Shown here: positions 9,766-19,338 of the stretch, piece by piece
How positions within the stretch are numbered: position 1 is the first letter of the stretch
Layout of the letters: every line of letters starts with the position of its first letter
IMG/VR virus record: IMGVR_UViG_3300010885_087985
Strand: one strand, 5' to 3'
DNA from: an uncultured virus (IMG/VR IMGVR_UViG_3300010885_087985)
Lineage: Duplodnaviria > Heunggongvirae > Uroviricota > Caudoviricetes
DNA length: 64,000 nucleotides
Position numbers and translations under genes: made by a program
The notes under the pieces: model-generated
The model's database searches: none
Told to the model about the DNA's origin: nothing
What the model saw: only the letters and a program-made list of their open reading frames with translations

Positions 9766-12700
9766 ATGAATAATCCTATTAAAGAAAAAATACTTGATAT
9801 TTGCAAGAAAAATCTTATAGAAAAAGGTTTGTTTAATGATGCTCGTTATCAAAAAAGATTAAAGTGGGAAATAGAGGAAATAGAAGCGAAAAATAAAATT
9901 GATTATTTTTATAATTTATATGAGAAAAATATAAGATACGCTGTTAATCAGAATAACCTTTTAATTTGCTGGCTATTAGGAGTTGTATCCGAACATTCAA
10001 TAGAATTGGATCCAACGTGTACATATGGAGATTTTCCTGATATAGACTCGGATTATATCCAGCAGGTAAGAAATTATATTAAAGAAAGTTGGGCACCAAA
10101 AACTTTTGGAGAAGAATATGTTTGCAATATTGGAAATTATACTACATTTGGAATCAAGTCTGCTTTAATTGATATGGTTCGTGTTTATGGTAAAAGTAGA
10201 GATGAAATTCTTGGATTAACAAAAAGTTTAGATGCAAAAGACGACGAAGGCAAAGATATGACATGGGACGCAGCAATGAAGCTGTATCCTGATTTAAAAA
10301 AATACTGCTCGGACAACAAAGATATAGCAGAATCTGCTAAGAAACTACTGCATAGAAACAGAGGCATGGGAGTTCATGCAGGTGGTCTTATCATTTCAAG
10401 TACACCTTTATCTGACTTAGTACCGCTTGTTAAAAGGAAAGACAGCCCACAAGCGTCTTCTTGGGTAGAAGGTCTTCATGGGCAAGATTTGCAACCTGTT
10501 GGTCTTGTAAAGTTTGATCTATTGGTTGTTTCTAACTTATTACAAGTTGCACTTTGTTGTGAATTGGTTAAGTCCAGACACAATTTAGAAAGTATATGTG
10601 CATTAAAAGGTAGGTCAGATTGGAGTGATGTTGCTGCTTGGAGAAATGATCCTCTTAGCATTAGCATGGCAAATATAGGCGATCTTAAAGGCATATTTCA
10701 ATTTGACAGTGAAACAGTCAGGAACATGTGCCGAACAGGAGGTGTGGATAATTTTGAAGATTTAGTTGCCTATACGAGCCTTAACAGACCTTCCGCATTA
10801 AACATGAAAATGCAGGAAAGGTATATAGAAAGAAAAAAGAAGAGAGAAGATTATCAACTGCACCCATTAATGCAGCCGATATTAGGCGAAACTTATGGCG
10901 TGATGATTTATCAAGAACAAGTAATGAGAGTGCTTAATGTTGTTGGTAACATACCGCTAAAAGATTGCGAGTTAGTAAGAAAAGCAATATCAAAAAAGAA
11001 GGTAGAGAGTTTTATAAAGTATAAAGAGGCTTTTTTAATAAATGGTAAAAAGAATCTTGGAATAAGTGAAGAAGCAATAAACCATCTGTATCAGCAAGTT
11101 GAAGCTTTTTCTGAATATGGATTTAATAAATCTGTGCACCAAGATACATATATACCTACGCCTAAAGGACTTAAGAAAATTTGTGATTTTCAAAAAGGCG
11201 ATAAGGTTTATTGCATAGATGAACAAGGGAACAAAGCAGAAACTTTTGTAGTTAATTTACATGATCACGGAATATTAGAAGGACACAAGGTTGTTTTTGA
11301 TGATGGGTATGAAATAATTTGTACCATAGATCATAAATTTTTAACCGAGGATGGACAAATTTCGCTTCGTGAAATACTGGCTAAAGATGTTTCTATATTT
11401 TGTGAAAAAGAATACGGAGAAAAATATGCCAGCAAAAAAAGAATCAAAAGCTCGTTGCGGAGAAATATTTCCATCAAAGTCGTTGATGCTGAAGCACCAG
11501 TCAGCTTGTCGAGAGTGTCGAAGGTTGGGCTGGGGCGGCGGAAAGACTTTCAAATCTCGATGTCAAATAGAATTTCAAAGAATGATTCCGAGAGACAAGC
11601 ATCTAAAAACTTGCGAAGATTGCGAAAGAATAAAACGAGAAAATATAAAAGCAAAGAATTTAAAGACAAATCGCTCGGAAGGTCATCGGAGAGCCTCTTC
11701 TGTTTCTGCAAGAAAAACATCTGCCCGCCCAGAGATACAAGCACAAAGAGCAGAACGATTGAAAAAGTGGAGAGAAGAAAACCCAGAAAAATTTGCAAAA
11801 TGCACAGAAGCTGCATGGAAAAGTCCAAAACGATCAAAAATGGAAGCTTGGTTGCGTGCCCAGTTAAAATGGGGAACCAAGAAAATTCGTTGTGGGAAAA
11901 GGTCGGATCGAAAGTGGAAGCAGGTAGATATGACGAAAGGAAAAATTTGGATAGAAGTAGACGGATTTTATCATTTTTACGAGCATCAAAGCAACAAACC
12001 AATAAATTTTCGGTTGCCGATTGTTCAACAGCGAGATGCCATGTTGAACGAAGAGTGTTTAAGAAGAAAAGATGTGATGTTAATAAGAGTGGGCATGTCA
12101 TGCTTCCACAGCAGCACGGGAAGAATGGCGTTGGATTGGTGGGAAGTATTTCAGAACATGCTTCAATCTCCAATACCGGGAGTCTGGTGTCTAGGAAAAT
12201 TTTACGAGTCTTGCCCATGGGCAGGCATCAAATGTACGATCTTGAAGTTTCCAATCGAACACACAACTTTATTTTGCCCAACGGAATAGTAACGAGCAAC
12301 AGTCATGCTGTTGCATATACATATATTTCTTCTTATCTTCTTTACTTGAAATCTCACTATCCAAATGAATTTTACACTAGTATCTTAAGGTGCGAAAAAT
12401 CAAGTGAAAAAATAAAAGAATACAAAATGGAAGCAAAAGGGCATGGTGTGCAAGTCTGTGGTTTGAATATAAATAGGTCAAAAATAAGTTTTGATTTGCA
12501 AGAAGACATTATATACTTTGGTTTTTCTAACATTAAAGGTATTGGTGAAGCTCCCGCCACAAGAATTATAGAGTGTCAACCGTATAAAGATTTTGAAGAC
12601 TTTCTTGAAAGGTTCGGAACAGAGGCAAATGTTTTAAAGCCATTGATAGGATTGCGATGCTTTACTGAAAGTGACCCTGTAACGCTTTGGAGGTTTGCAG

Positions 12701-13713
12701 AAAAATATAAAAATTATTTCAAGAAAAAAGAAGAAAAGCAAAAAAGACATATAGCGACTATGCTAAAATATGACAATGAGTTTAAATCTTTATTTCCAAA
12801 TGAAACAACTAACCTATCTGATATAAAAAGCACCAACCCTTATAAATTGGACTATTGGAAGAAGTATGATGTCGAAGAGGTTCGTTATGTTGAAGGTAGC
12901 ATTAAATGCGAAAAAGATGAAGACGGTGCAATTGCAAAGCTAACCAATGGCACAGTTACTTTAGATTGTGGCGTTACTATAGAAAAAGAAATTGTTGTAT
13001 ACTACAAAAAAGTTAAGAATAAGAAAAGCTTTAACCCTCTTAATTCTTTTAAAAAGTTGTGGGACAAAAGAAATAGATCAATAGAAAAAAATAAAAATAA
13101 TGAAAAAAACTCACCAAAACTCGGTGATTTTAATGATTTAGATGCCAAATTAGATGCCGAAACAGAGGAGGAAATATCAAATTACATAGCATGTGAGAGG
13201 AAGTATTATGGGTTTTCCTTGGCACATCCATTAGAATTCAGCCCAGATCATAACGTTAAATTAACATTTAATAACTTAAGAGATTATTCTACAGTAACAA
13301 ATAACTCGGAAAAAGGGTCACCAAGTGCCTCAGTTGGACCAGTTGAGGTGTGTGTTATTAAGACCAATAAGACTAAAAGTAAGAAAGGAACAGTATACTA
13401 TCATTTGACCGCAGAGGATATTACAGGACAAGAAAACAAAATAATTATTTGGCAAGATGATTGGGAAAGATGGAAAGAAGAATTTTTAGTAGGTAACTTA
13501 CTTAGATTGAGGCTACAGGCACCTTCAAATGGGTTTTTTACTTTTTCGTTAGAAAGCAACCAACATAAGCCTAACCGTCGTGGTAAAAATACATCTGATA
13601 AAAAAGATGATTTTAGAGTTGCTATAATGAAAAAAGGAGTAATAGATAATACAATTACACAAGAAGACTGTCTTATGCAATTTGAAAAATGTACAATGAA
13701 AAAACAACAATAG
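9766..13713 (+). CDS. dnaE: DNA polymerase III alpha, C-terminal half (palm, fingers, HhH, OB), with intein
   Basis: FPDIDSD, GVHAGG, GLVKFDLL, GIFQF, YQEQVM, YGFNK|SHAVAY, IKGIG. Confidence 0.92.
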   Translation: MNNPIKEKILDICKKNLIEKGLFNDARYQKRLKWEIEEIEAKNKIDYFYNLYEKNIRYAVNQNNLLICWLLGVVSEHSIELDPTCTYGDFPDIDSDYIQQVRNYIKESWAPKTFGEEYVCNIGNYTTFGIKSALIDMVRVYGKSRDEILGLTKSLDAKDDEGKDMTWDAAMKLYPDLKKYCSDNKDIAESAKKLLHRNRGMGVHAGGLIISSTPLSDLVPLVKRKDSPQASSWVEGLHGQDLQPVGLVKFDLLVVSNLLQVALCCELVKSRHNLESICALKGRSDWSDVAAWRNDPLSISMANIGDLKGIFQFDSETVRNMCRTGGVDNFEDLVAYTSLNRPSALNMKMQERYIERKKKREDYQLHPLMQPILGETYGVMIYQEQVMRVLNVVGNIPLKDCELVRKAISKKKVESFIKYKEAFLINGKKNLGISEEAINHLYQQVEAFSEYGFNKSVHQDTYIPTPKGLKKICDFQKGDKVYCIDEQGNKAETFVVNLHDHGILEGHKVVFDDGYEIICTIDHKFLTEDGQISLREILAKDVSIFCEKEYGEKYASKKRIKSSLRRNISIKVVDAEAPVSLSRVSKVGLGRRKDFQISMSNRISKNDSERQASKNLRRLRKNKTRKYKSKEFKDKSLGRSSESLFCFCKKNICPPRDTSTKSRTIEKVERRKPRKICKMHRSCMEKSKTIKNGSLVACPVKMGNQENSLWEKVGSKVEAGRYDERKNLDRSRRILSFLRASKQQTNKFSVADCSTARCHVERRVFKKKRCDVNKSGHVMLPQQHGKNGVGLVGSISEHASISNTGSLVSRKILRVLPMGRHQMYDLEVSNRTHNFILPNGIVTSNSHAVAYTYISSYLLYLKSHYPNEFYTSILRCEKSSEKIKEYKMEAKGHGVQVCGLNINRSKISFDLQEDIIYFGFSNIKGIGEAPATRIIECQPYKDFEDFLERFGTEANVLKPLIGLRCFTESDPVTLWRFAEKYKNYFKKKEEKQKRHIATMLKYDNEFKSLFPNETTNLSDIKSTNPYKLDYWKKYDVEEVRYVEGSIKCEKDEDGAIAKLTNGTVTLDCGVTIEKEIVVYYKKVKNKKSFNPLNSFKKLWDKRNRSIEKNKNNEKNSPKLGDFNDLDAKLDAETEEEISNYIACERKYYGFSLAHPLEFSPDHNVKLTFNNLRDYSTVTNNSEKGSPSASVGPVEVCVIKTNKTKSKKGTVYYHLTAEDITGQENKIIIWQDDWERWKEEFLVGNLLRLRLQAPSNGFFTFSLESNQHKPNRRGKNTSDKKDDFRVAIMKKGVIDNTITQEDCLMQFEKCTMKKQQ
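11131..12300 (+). mobile_element. 390-aa intein in DnaE (Ser1 ... Ser-Asn, +1 Ser)
   Basis: Interrupts FNK|SH; block A SVHQDTYIPT, block B CTIDHKFL, block F MYDLEV, block G HNFILPNGIVTSN. Confidence 0.92.
11426..12289 (+). CDS. Vsr/DUF559-like (PD-(D/E)XK) putative homing endonuclease overprinted in the +1 frame of the DnaE intein
   Basis: GGAGA 5 nt before ATG; CxxC pairs and basic helical region; SKME..VD..IWIEVDGFYHF..QQRD..LIRV. Confidence 0.8.
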   Translation: MPAKKESKARCGEIFPSKSLMLKHQSACRECRRLGWGGGKTFKSRCQIEFQRMIPRDKHLKTCEDCERIKRENIKAKNLKTNRSEGHRRASSVSARKTSARPEIQAQRAERLKKWREENPEKFAKCTEAAWKSPKRSKMEAWLRAQLKWGTKKIRCGKRSDRKWKQVDMTKGKIWIEVDGFYHFYEHQSNKPINFRLPIVQQRDAMLNEECLRRKDVMLIRVGMSCFHSSTGRMALDWWEVFQNMLQSPIPGVWCLGKFYESCPWAGIKCTILKFPIEHTTLFCPTE

Positions 13714-13723
13714 GAATAATGCT

Positions 13724-14278
13724 ATGAATGAAGTTGAAGAAAAAAAAGATGATGTTTTGGAAATAAACGGTTCAAACTTTACTGAGTATTTTAAAGTTTG
13801 TGGAAGGAACAAACCGTGTAAAGGTGAAATTATAGCGAAATTTACTGCTATAGCTGAATTTATTGATGGTCGAATGAAACTAGATATAATAGATCTTCTT
13901 TATAACAAAGAAGGTAAAGTACAGGCGGCAATTCAAGTTCTAATAAAGTTAGGCGGTGCCATAGAGAAAGATGCAATTAGAGTGTGTAAGAATATATGTT
14001 CAGACTTGTATTCAGGCATGACTCCAGAAGAAGTTGAAGCTAAAGTGTATAAATATCAGATGGAGTCATTTTATTATACTAAAAAAGAATACGTTCCAAT
14101 AGATGATCCACATTGGGAGATTATAAACATAAAGAATTTAGATGATTTTTTAGACAGTTCAGGAACAACACTTAGAATGGAATCTAAGTTAACGGTAGAT
14201 TCCAAGAAGGAAGAAAATGAAGAAGAAGAAAAAGAAGCAGAAGAAGAAAAAGCAGAAAAAACAGAAGAAGTTCAGTGA
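13724..14278 (+). CDS. hypothetical protein with acidic tail
   Basis: ORF directly after dnaE-C, with RBS. Confidence 0.7.
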   Translation: MNEVEEKKDDVLEINGSNFTEYFKVCGRNKPCKGEIIAKFTAIAEFIDGRMKLDIIDLLYNKEGKVQAAIQVLIKLGGAIEKDAIRVCKNICSDLYSGMTPEEVEAKVYKYQMESFYYTKKEYVPIDDPHWEIINIKNLDDFLDSSGTTLRMESKLTVDSKKEENEEEEKEAEEEKAEKTEEVQ

Positions 14279-14825
14279 AATTATACAAATAAGAACTCCT
14301 TACAAACCTGAAGTAGGAAGTTTTGCCCAATATAAAAGGTTTGACGGAGATAAGTATCATGTAGTTGATTGGACATATTGTAGAGATGTTTTTCATCCAA
14401 AATTATATAATTTAGACATTTTTTTCTTTTCTCATAATCCGAATAAGGGAAATTGCATAGCGTCCTTTATGGAGAAAATAGAAAAAAAGTTAGGAATTGA
14501 TATTTTATCGGAGTATGGTCCGACTCAAAGAAAATCTATTATGTGGATATCTCCATCTAAATGGTGGACAATTAAATCAATGAGAAGGTCTCTTTTTACA
14601 ATACTTTTACGATGTGGAAGTGAATATTCTCCAAAAAATAACAATTTACAGGAAGCGTTTTTGAGTGATTCGTATGTTAAGTCTACAAGATATGCGGTTA
14701 ATCGGTTCTTATCAGGGCATACAGAATACGTTGGAAACAAAAAAGGATGGCTGGAGCAATTTTATGATAAAAAAGTTAATAAAATAGATATAGATTCTTT
14801 GCTAGTTCTTCCCTATATAAAATAA
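14217..14825 (+). CDS. hypothetical protein, paralog of 39932-40585 (start uncertain)
   Basis: Shared motifs GSFA, W.YCR, WI.PS..W, SL.T.L.R, AV.RF..G.T, GW. Confidence 0.7.
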   Translation: MKKKKKKQKKKKQKKQKKFSEIIQIRTPYKPEVGSFAQYKRFDGDKYHVVDWTYCRDVFHPKLYNLDIFFFSHNPNKGNCIASFMEKIEKKLGIDILSEYGPTQRKSIMWISPSKWWTIKSMRRSLFTILLRCGSEYSPKNNNLQEAFLSDSYVKSTRYAVNRFLSGHTEYVGNKKGWLEQFYDKKVNKIDIDSLLVLPYIK

Positions 14826-14842
14826 AGAAACTCTTTGGAGGA

Positions 14843-15454
14843 TTGATAATGAGCAGTATGCAGGATGATATAGACAAGTACTCTAAAATATGGGATGCAG
14901 CATTGCAAAAAGGAATTTTTGATGATGTTGCCAAGAATACAGCCGATAACGCAGACGCTCCAGACACCTCCACAGACTTTTTTGGTCAATATTCGTCCGA
15001 AGAATCTGGAAAGAATAAGCCTCTTAATGAAGTAGACTCAGAATACTGGTTAAGATTATCAAACAAAGCAAATCCTTTATTTAACAGCACTCTAGACGTA
15101 AAAAAAGAAAGCACGAGTGCAGACTCTAAACGTAGCACTAAGGTTTTAGCTAACTCACACAATCCAATTCGACCAAGCACAGTAGGAGAAGACGGAGCTG
15201 TAAATGTTACTCAAAACTGGGCTATGGGCGGCGAAGCAATAGAAAAATTGGAAAAGCTAAAAGAAAAATTCAATAAATTAGAAAATGAATTAAGTGCTTT
15301 GTTGTCTAAAGAAGATTCAGGCAAAAAAGATTCTGCAGAAAAAGATGCAATGTCAAAAATAAAATCTTTAAGAAAAGAAATAGATAAGCTAAGCAATTCT
15401 TTGTCAGGTGGAAGGTTCTCCGCAGGGAATGAAAAAAAATCTAAAAAAATCTAA
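14843..15454 (+). CDS. hypothetical coiled-coil protein
   Basis: RBS GGAGG; CTATATAA upstream. Confidence 0.7.
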   Translation: MIMSSMQDDIDKYSKIWDAALQKGIFDDVAKNTADNADAPDTSTDFFGQYSSEESGKNKPLNEVDSEYWLRLSNKANPLFNSTLDVKKESTSADSKRSTKVLANSHNPIRPSTVGEDGAVNVTQNWAMGGEAIEKLEKLKEKFNKLENELSALLSKEDSGKKDSAEKDAMSKIKSLRKEIDKLSNSLSGGRFSAGNEKKSKKI

Positions 15455-15583
15455 TATTTGATTTTTGTAATTGATAATAGCTATCTTTCTTCATTGACTT
15501 TTTTAGGAATTTTTGTTACAGTTAGAATTCAATTCCTAATAAAATTGTTTTTTAGTGAATGTTGATACGGTTCACTTATTAAA

Positions 15584-16714
15584 ATGAATAAAAAAAAAGA
15601 GGATGACGTTTTACCCGATAAAAATATTCGTAAAAAAATAAGAGAAACAACTGTTGCAAAGTGCCACAAGTTCTTATCAGATAAAATACAAAAAGTAGTT
15701 TTTGAAAAAGGCTCAGTAAAAGTAGCTATATTTTCTCATCCTTACGCCGACCCTGACGCCATTGGAGGGCAGATGGGATTATCTTGGATGCTAAAAAAGG
15801 CGTATGATAATATAGACATCGACTGTTTTTATGATGGTTTTATTTCACATCCTCAAAACCAAAGAATGGCAAATCTTTTAGATCCAGAATTGAAACTTTA
15901 TTCTGATTACGATTTAAGCACATATGATATTAAGATTTCTGTGGATGTAGTTCCAGCATATGCTGCTTGTCCTGATGGCACTGTTTTTGACTTGGTAATT
16001 GATCATCACAAAGATCCTCCTAATAGTTCTTTTAAAGGTTTATATCTAAACTTAAGAGCCGGAAGTGTTTGTGCCACAGTTTATCAATTAATAAAGCAAC
16101 ATGGTGTTGTTTTTGAAGAAGACAACGATATTGATTCAAAAACGGCCACAGCTTTGTTGGTTGGAATTATAACTGATACCGATTACCAGACATCAGATGA
16201 CACAACTGAATTTGAACATATAGCTTATTCAGAACTTTTTAACTTTAGAAACTCAAATGCATTAAAGCAAATAACGAAGTATAAACATCCTAGGGAGTGG
16301 GTGCAAGCAAGAGCATGTGTTGCTCAAAAAGCACATGATATTATTAAGGACGGTATACTAATACATGGAATTGGATTAATAACGAATAATAATCGAGATC
16401 TAATAGCGGCAGTTGCTGATGAAATGCTTTCTTGGGAAAGTGTAGAAACTGCTGTTGCTTTTGCCGTTATTGATGGAAACAAAGTAGAAGGATCAGTACG
16501 TAGTAGCAACGCAGCTTTAGCCGTACCTTCTATTTGCAAAGAGCTAGGTGGTCAGTATGGTGGAGGCGGCGGAAAGCTAGGAAAAGGAGCCTATAACTTT
16601 CAATTAGGTAGCCTTTCTTTAGACTCTGACAGTGAAGATTCTTCTAAGGATAAATTGTGGGAATGCATCAACGACAGAGAGATTAAAAGAGTTTTTAAAA
16701 TAATAAAAAAGTAA
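15584..16714 (+). CDS. DHH/DHHA1 phosphoesterase (NrnA-like)
   Basis: H..ADPDAIG, VD, IDHH, GIITDT, GSVRS, GGGGG. Confidence 0.88.
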   Translation: MNKKKEDDVLPDKNIRKKIRETTVAKCHKFLSDKIQKVVFEKGSVKVAIFSHPYADPDAIGGQMGLSWMLKKAYDNIDIDCFYDGFISHPQNQRMANLLDPELKLYSDYDLSTYDIKISVDVVPAYAACPDGTVFDLVIDHHKDPPNSSFKGLYLNLRAGSVCATVYQLIKQHGVVFEEDNDIDSKTATALLVGIITDTDYQTSDDTTEFEHIAYSELFNFRNSNALKQITKYKHPREWVQARACVAQKAHDIIKDGILIHGIGLITNNNRDLIAAVADEMLSWESVETAVAFAVIDGNKVEGSVRSSNAALAVPSICKELGGQYGGGGGKLGKGAYNFQLGSLSLDSDSEDSSKDKLWECINDREIKRVFKIIKK

Positions 16715-16731
16715 CAATACTCTTTTATTGC

Positions 16732-16926
16732 ATGGAAACAAAGCCTTTCACTTTTCGTTGCAAATGCGGCTGGATAGAAATGTCAACAGGTTCCGCAGAT
16801 GATTTAAAGCACTTAAAAGAAGTTCGTAGTGGTTGTTCATCGTGTGGGAAGCCCAGAGTTTTTCGATGCTTGAGATGTAGCGGTAATGTTAAGATGTTGC
16901 GCACAGTAAATATAAGAAATAAATAA
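16732..16926 (+). CDS. small zinc-finger protein
   Basis: CKCG, CSSCG, CLRC. Confidence 0.6.
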   Translation: METKPFTFRCKCGWIEMSTGSADDLKHLKEVRSGCSSCGKPRVFRCLRCSGNVKMLRTVNIRNK

Positions 16927-16927
16927 A

Positions 16928-18103
16928 ATGAAAATGAAATTGCTAAAAACGCACATCAGGAATCCTGGTGATGGTAAAATTATTGAAAAAGAAGAAAAAA
17001 TAGAAGAGATTAAGCTTCGTAAGTTTAAATTCAATAAAAGAGTAATGCCAAGTGATAAAAAAAGAATTCTTTTTATAACTTGTTTTAGTGAATTTGGATG
17101 TGAATCTCTTGCTTTAATGTATTGTATCCCTAAAATTATACAAAAATATCCTGGATGTTATGTAGTGTGTGTTGGTTGGTATGGAAGAGAATATTTATAC
17201 AGGCATCTAGTTGATGAGTTCTGGGAAATTGAAGAGCAATTCCAAGGCATGAGAGAATATTCTCTTGCTTTTCAAAACACTTCTAAAAACATAAAAAAAT
17301 TAGAAGATTTGTTAGAGGAGCATGGAATTGTTTATAAAGGTTTTTCGATGGGTACAATTTGTTTGGGCAATACTTGTAGATCATGTTCTAATTTCTGGGG
17401 CGATAACGAACATGAGTCAAAATGTCCATCATGTAACTCGTGCGATATAGAGAGAGGCTTACTTAATGATATTCCTTATCATAAAAAATTTGCTGTTCAG
17501 ATACCAAGACCGAGTTTAAAATCATTAGAGTTAGCAAAAAAGTATTTAAAGCCAAACTCTGTTGGTATTTTCGCAAGAGGTCGTGTGTGTTATGGGCGAA
17601 ATTTAACAAGTGAATTTTATCGATACTTGATATTATATCTTGAGGAGCAAGGATACAATCCGATATGGCTTGGCGAAAAACAAAGTGTATTGCCTTGTCC
17701 TGTAAAACATATTGTGGATTTTAGTAGTCTTCCGGAAGCTAGGGATTTAGAGCTTACTTTAGCAATTATCTCTAAACTTGAGTTCACAATTCAGTTTTGG
17801 ACGGCATCTACTAGACTTGCTTCTATGGTGGGAACTCCATGGATACTGTTTGAGTCACCAGAACAGATAGTTGGTAACGGACAGGAAGGAATGCGTATTG
17901 CCTTAACAACTGATTTTAATAAAAAGAAATTGGTCTTAGCACAGTATAAAAATTTGATAGAAAAAGAAGAACGAGCTTTTTTCTATGTAAAGCAGGCTAT
18001 AGAAGAAATGAAGCAAGATAATTGGGAAGATATCTTAGGACCAGTAGAGAACTATGAGGTTACTAAAATGATGCTAAAAAAACAAAATAGATGGCGTACT
18101 TAA
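16928..18103 (+). CDS. GT9 (heptosyltransferase)-like glycosyltransferase with Zn-ribbon insert
   Basis: SEFGCE N-terminal loop; LELTLAII...TASTRLASMVGTPWILF resembles the GT9 C-terminal motif. Confidence 0.55.
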   Translation: MKMKLLKTHIRNPGDGKIIEKEEKIEEIKLRKFKFNKRVMPSDKKRILFITCFSEFGCESLALMYCIPKIIQKYPGCYVVCVGWYGREYLYRHLVDEFWEIEEQFQGMREYSLAFQNTSKNIKKLEDLLEEHGIVYKGFSMGTICLGNTCRSCSNFWGDNEHESKCPSCNSCDIERGLLNDIPYHKKFAVQIPRPSLKSLELAKKYLKPNSVGIFARGRVCYGRNLTSEFYRYLILYLEEQGYNPIWLGEKQSVLPCPVKHIVDFSSLPEARDLELTLAIISKLEFTIQFWTASTRLASMVGTPWILFESPEQIVGNGQEGMRIALTTDFNKKKLVLAQYKNLIEKEERAFFYVKQAIEEMKQDNWEDILGPVENYEVTKMMLKKQNRWRT

Positions 18104-18121
18104 ACTAACAGAAAGTGTTAT

Positions 18122-19264
18122 ATGGATTCGATAGCAGATTTTTTAAAAAGAACCGCAGAAAGAAACGGGTTCATACGAGAACGATTCGAAGAAAAAAAGA
18201 TACCTACGGATTTTTCTCAGATTACAATATTTCCATTTTTTGGAGACTTAAGAAGCACTTGTATTGCTTCAAGCTTCATACTGAATCGATATAGGCTAGA
18301 ATCTAAATCTTCAAAATACTTCATATTAGCATCTTGGCCAGGATTTCAAGGTTTGTTCCCATATGTTGATGAATATTGGTCTATTAATGATTTGTCTCAT
18401 ATAAAAAAGTTTTATGAAAAATCTATTGGATTCAACAACACTTCAGATCTTCATACAGTTTATCTTAGAAACTTTAATGAGTTTTTTAGAGATGTAGTTG
18501 ATTATAGAGAAATATCTGCTTACTATGAAAATGGATTTAAAAATAAATTTTTTCAAAAGTATAAAGACACTAAAAGATTTTTACCGTTCGTTCCATCCGC
18601 TGCTATTTTAGGAAAAGATTTTAATCGAGATGTAGCAACATATCCTGGATATAAAATATTTGTTTATCCTTCCCTTTTTTGTACAAAGTGGTCCAATGGA
18701 CAGGCTAAAAATATTAATGCTAAAAGAGAGTTTTGGATAGAACTTCTAAACAAGCTTTTAGAATCAGGTTATACTCCTGTAGTTTGGCAAAACAACTTTT
18801 CGCATGACGTTTCCAAAGAGTTCATAGGAAGATGTGTTATAACAACAGAAACAGATGTAACTCGTGTTCTGGCTGCTATGCGTGCAACGGGAATTGTATT
18901 AGATGTTTTTAATAGTTTGTCTCGTTTAGCTCTTTTAGCACGTTGTCCATATTTATCCGTGGATGAAAGATCCAGATATTATTCACAAAAAGAGTATGAA
19001 ATAGACGATCTTTTCTCTAATCAATTGCAAAAATATCATTTTTTTACATTTTCTAGCATAATAAGCGAAGGAAATTCTTCTCATTGGAATGGTGATATAT
19101 TTAAAATTTTAATTTTTAAATTAGATAAAATTTTGCCTAGTTTAGATAGAGATTCATGGCCAACGACAGGAGAATCGACAGAATTGGTTTCATACGATAA
19201 AGAAGTAAGGCAGCATGTTTCAAAAAAAATGGGCATAAAATTCGTAAGAATACCAAAAGATTAA
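18122..19264 (+). CDS. divergent GT9-like glycosyltransferase
   Basis: FFGDL, YVDEYW, W..L...L...GY, VLAAM..V.D.....RLA..A.CP. Confidence 0.5.
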   Translation: MDSIADFLKRTAERNGFIRERFEEKKIPTDFSQITIFPFFGDLRSTCIASSFILNRYRLESKSSKYFILASWPGFQGLFPYVDEYWSINDLSHIKKFYEKSIGFNNTSDLHTVYLRNFNEFFRDVVDYREISAYYENGFKNKFFQKYKDTKRFLPFVPSAAILGKDFNRDVATYPGYKIFVYPSLFCTKWSNGQAKNINAKREFWIELLNKLLESGYTPVVWQNNFSHDVSKEFIGRCVITTETDVTRVLAAMRATGIVLDVFNSLSRLALLARCPYLSVDERSRYYSQKEYEIDDLFSNQLQKYHFFTFSSIISEGNSSHWNGDIFKILIFKLDKILPSLDRDSWPTTGESTELVSYDKEVRQHVSKKMGIKFVRIPKD

Positions 19265-19338
19265 CTTATTAAATTTAATTTTCTACACTATATTAATATT
19301 AAGAACGGTAGGAAAAAGTTTTCAAAAAGGTTTCTTAA

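Noticed and set aside
7900..10032. Split intein or ribosomal bypass joining the dnaE halves (matching GGA codons at 7908 and 10027)
   Set aside because: No intein blocks at either end. The 2.1-kb gap holds two genes and a promoter, and no stop follows the take-off codon, unlike T4 gene 60 hopping.
11550..12218. 222-aa minus-strand ORF inside the DnaE intein (a third open frame)
   Set aside because: No motif or RBS recognised; likely a by-product of constraint on the two plus-strand frames.
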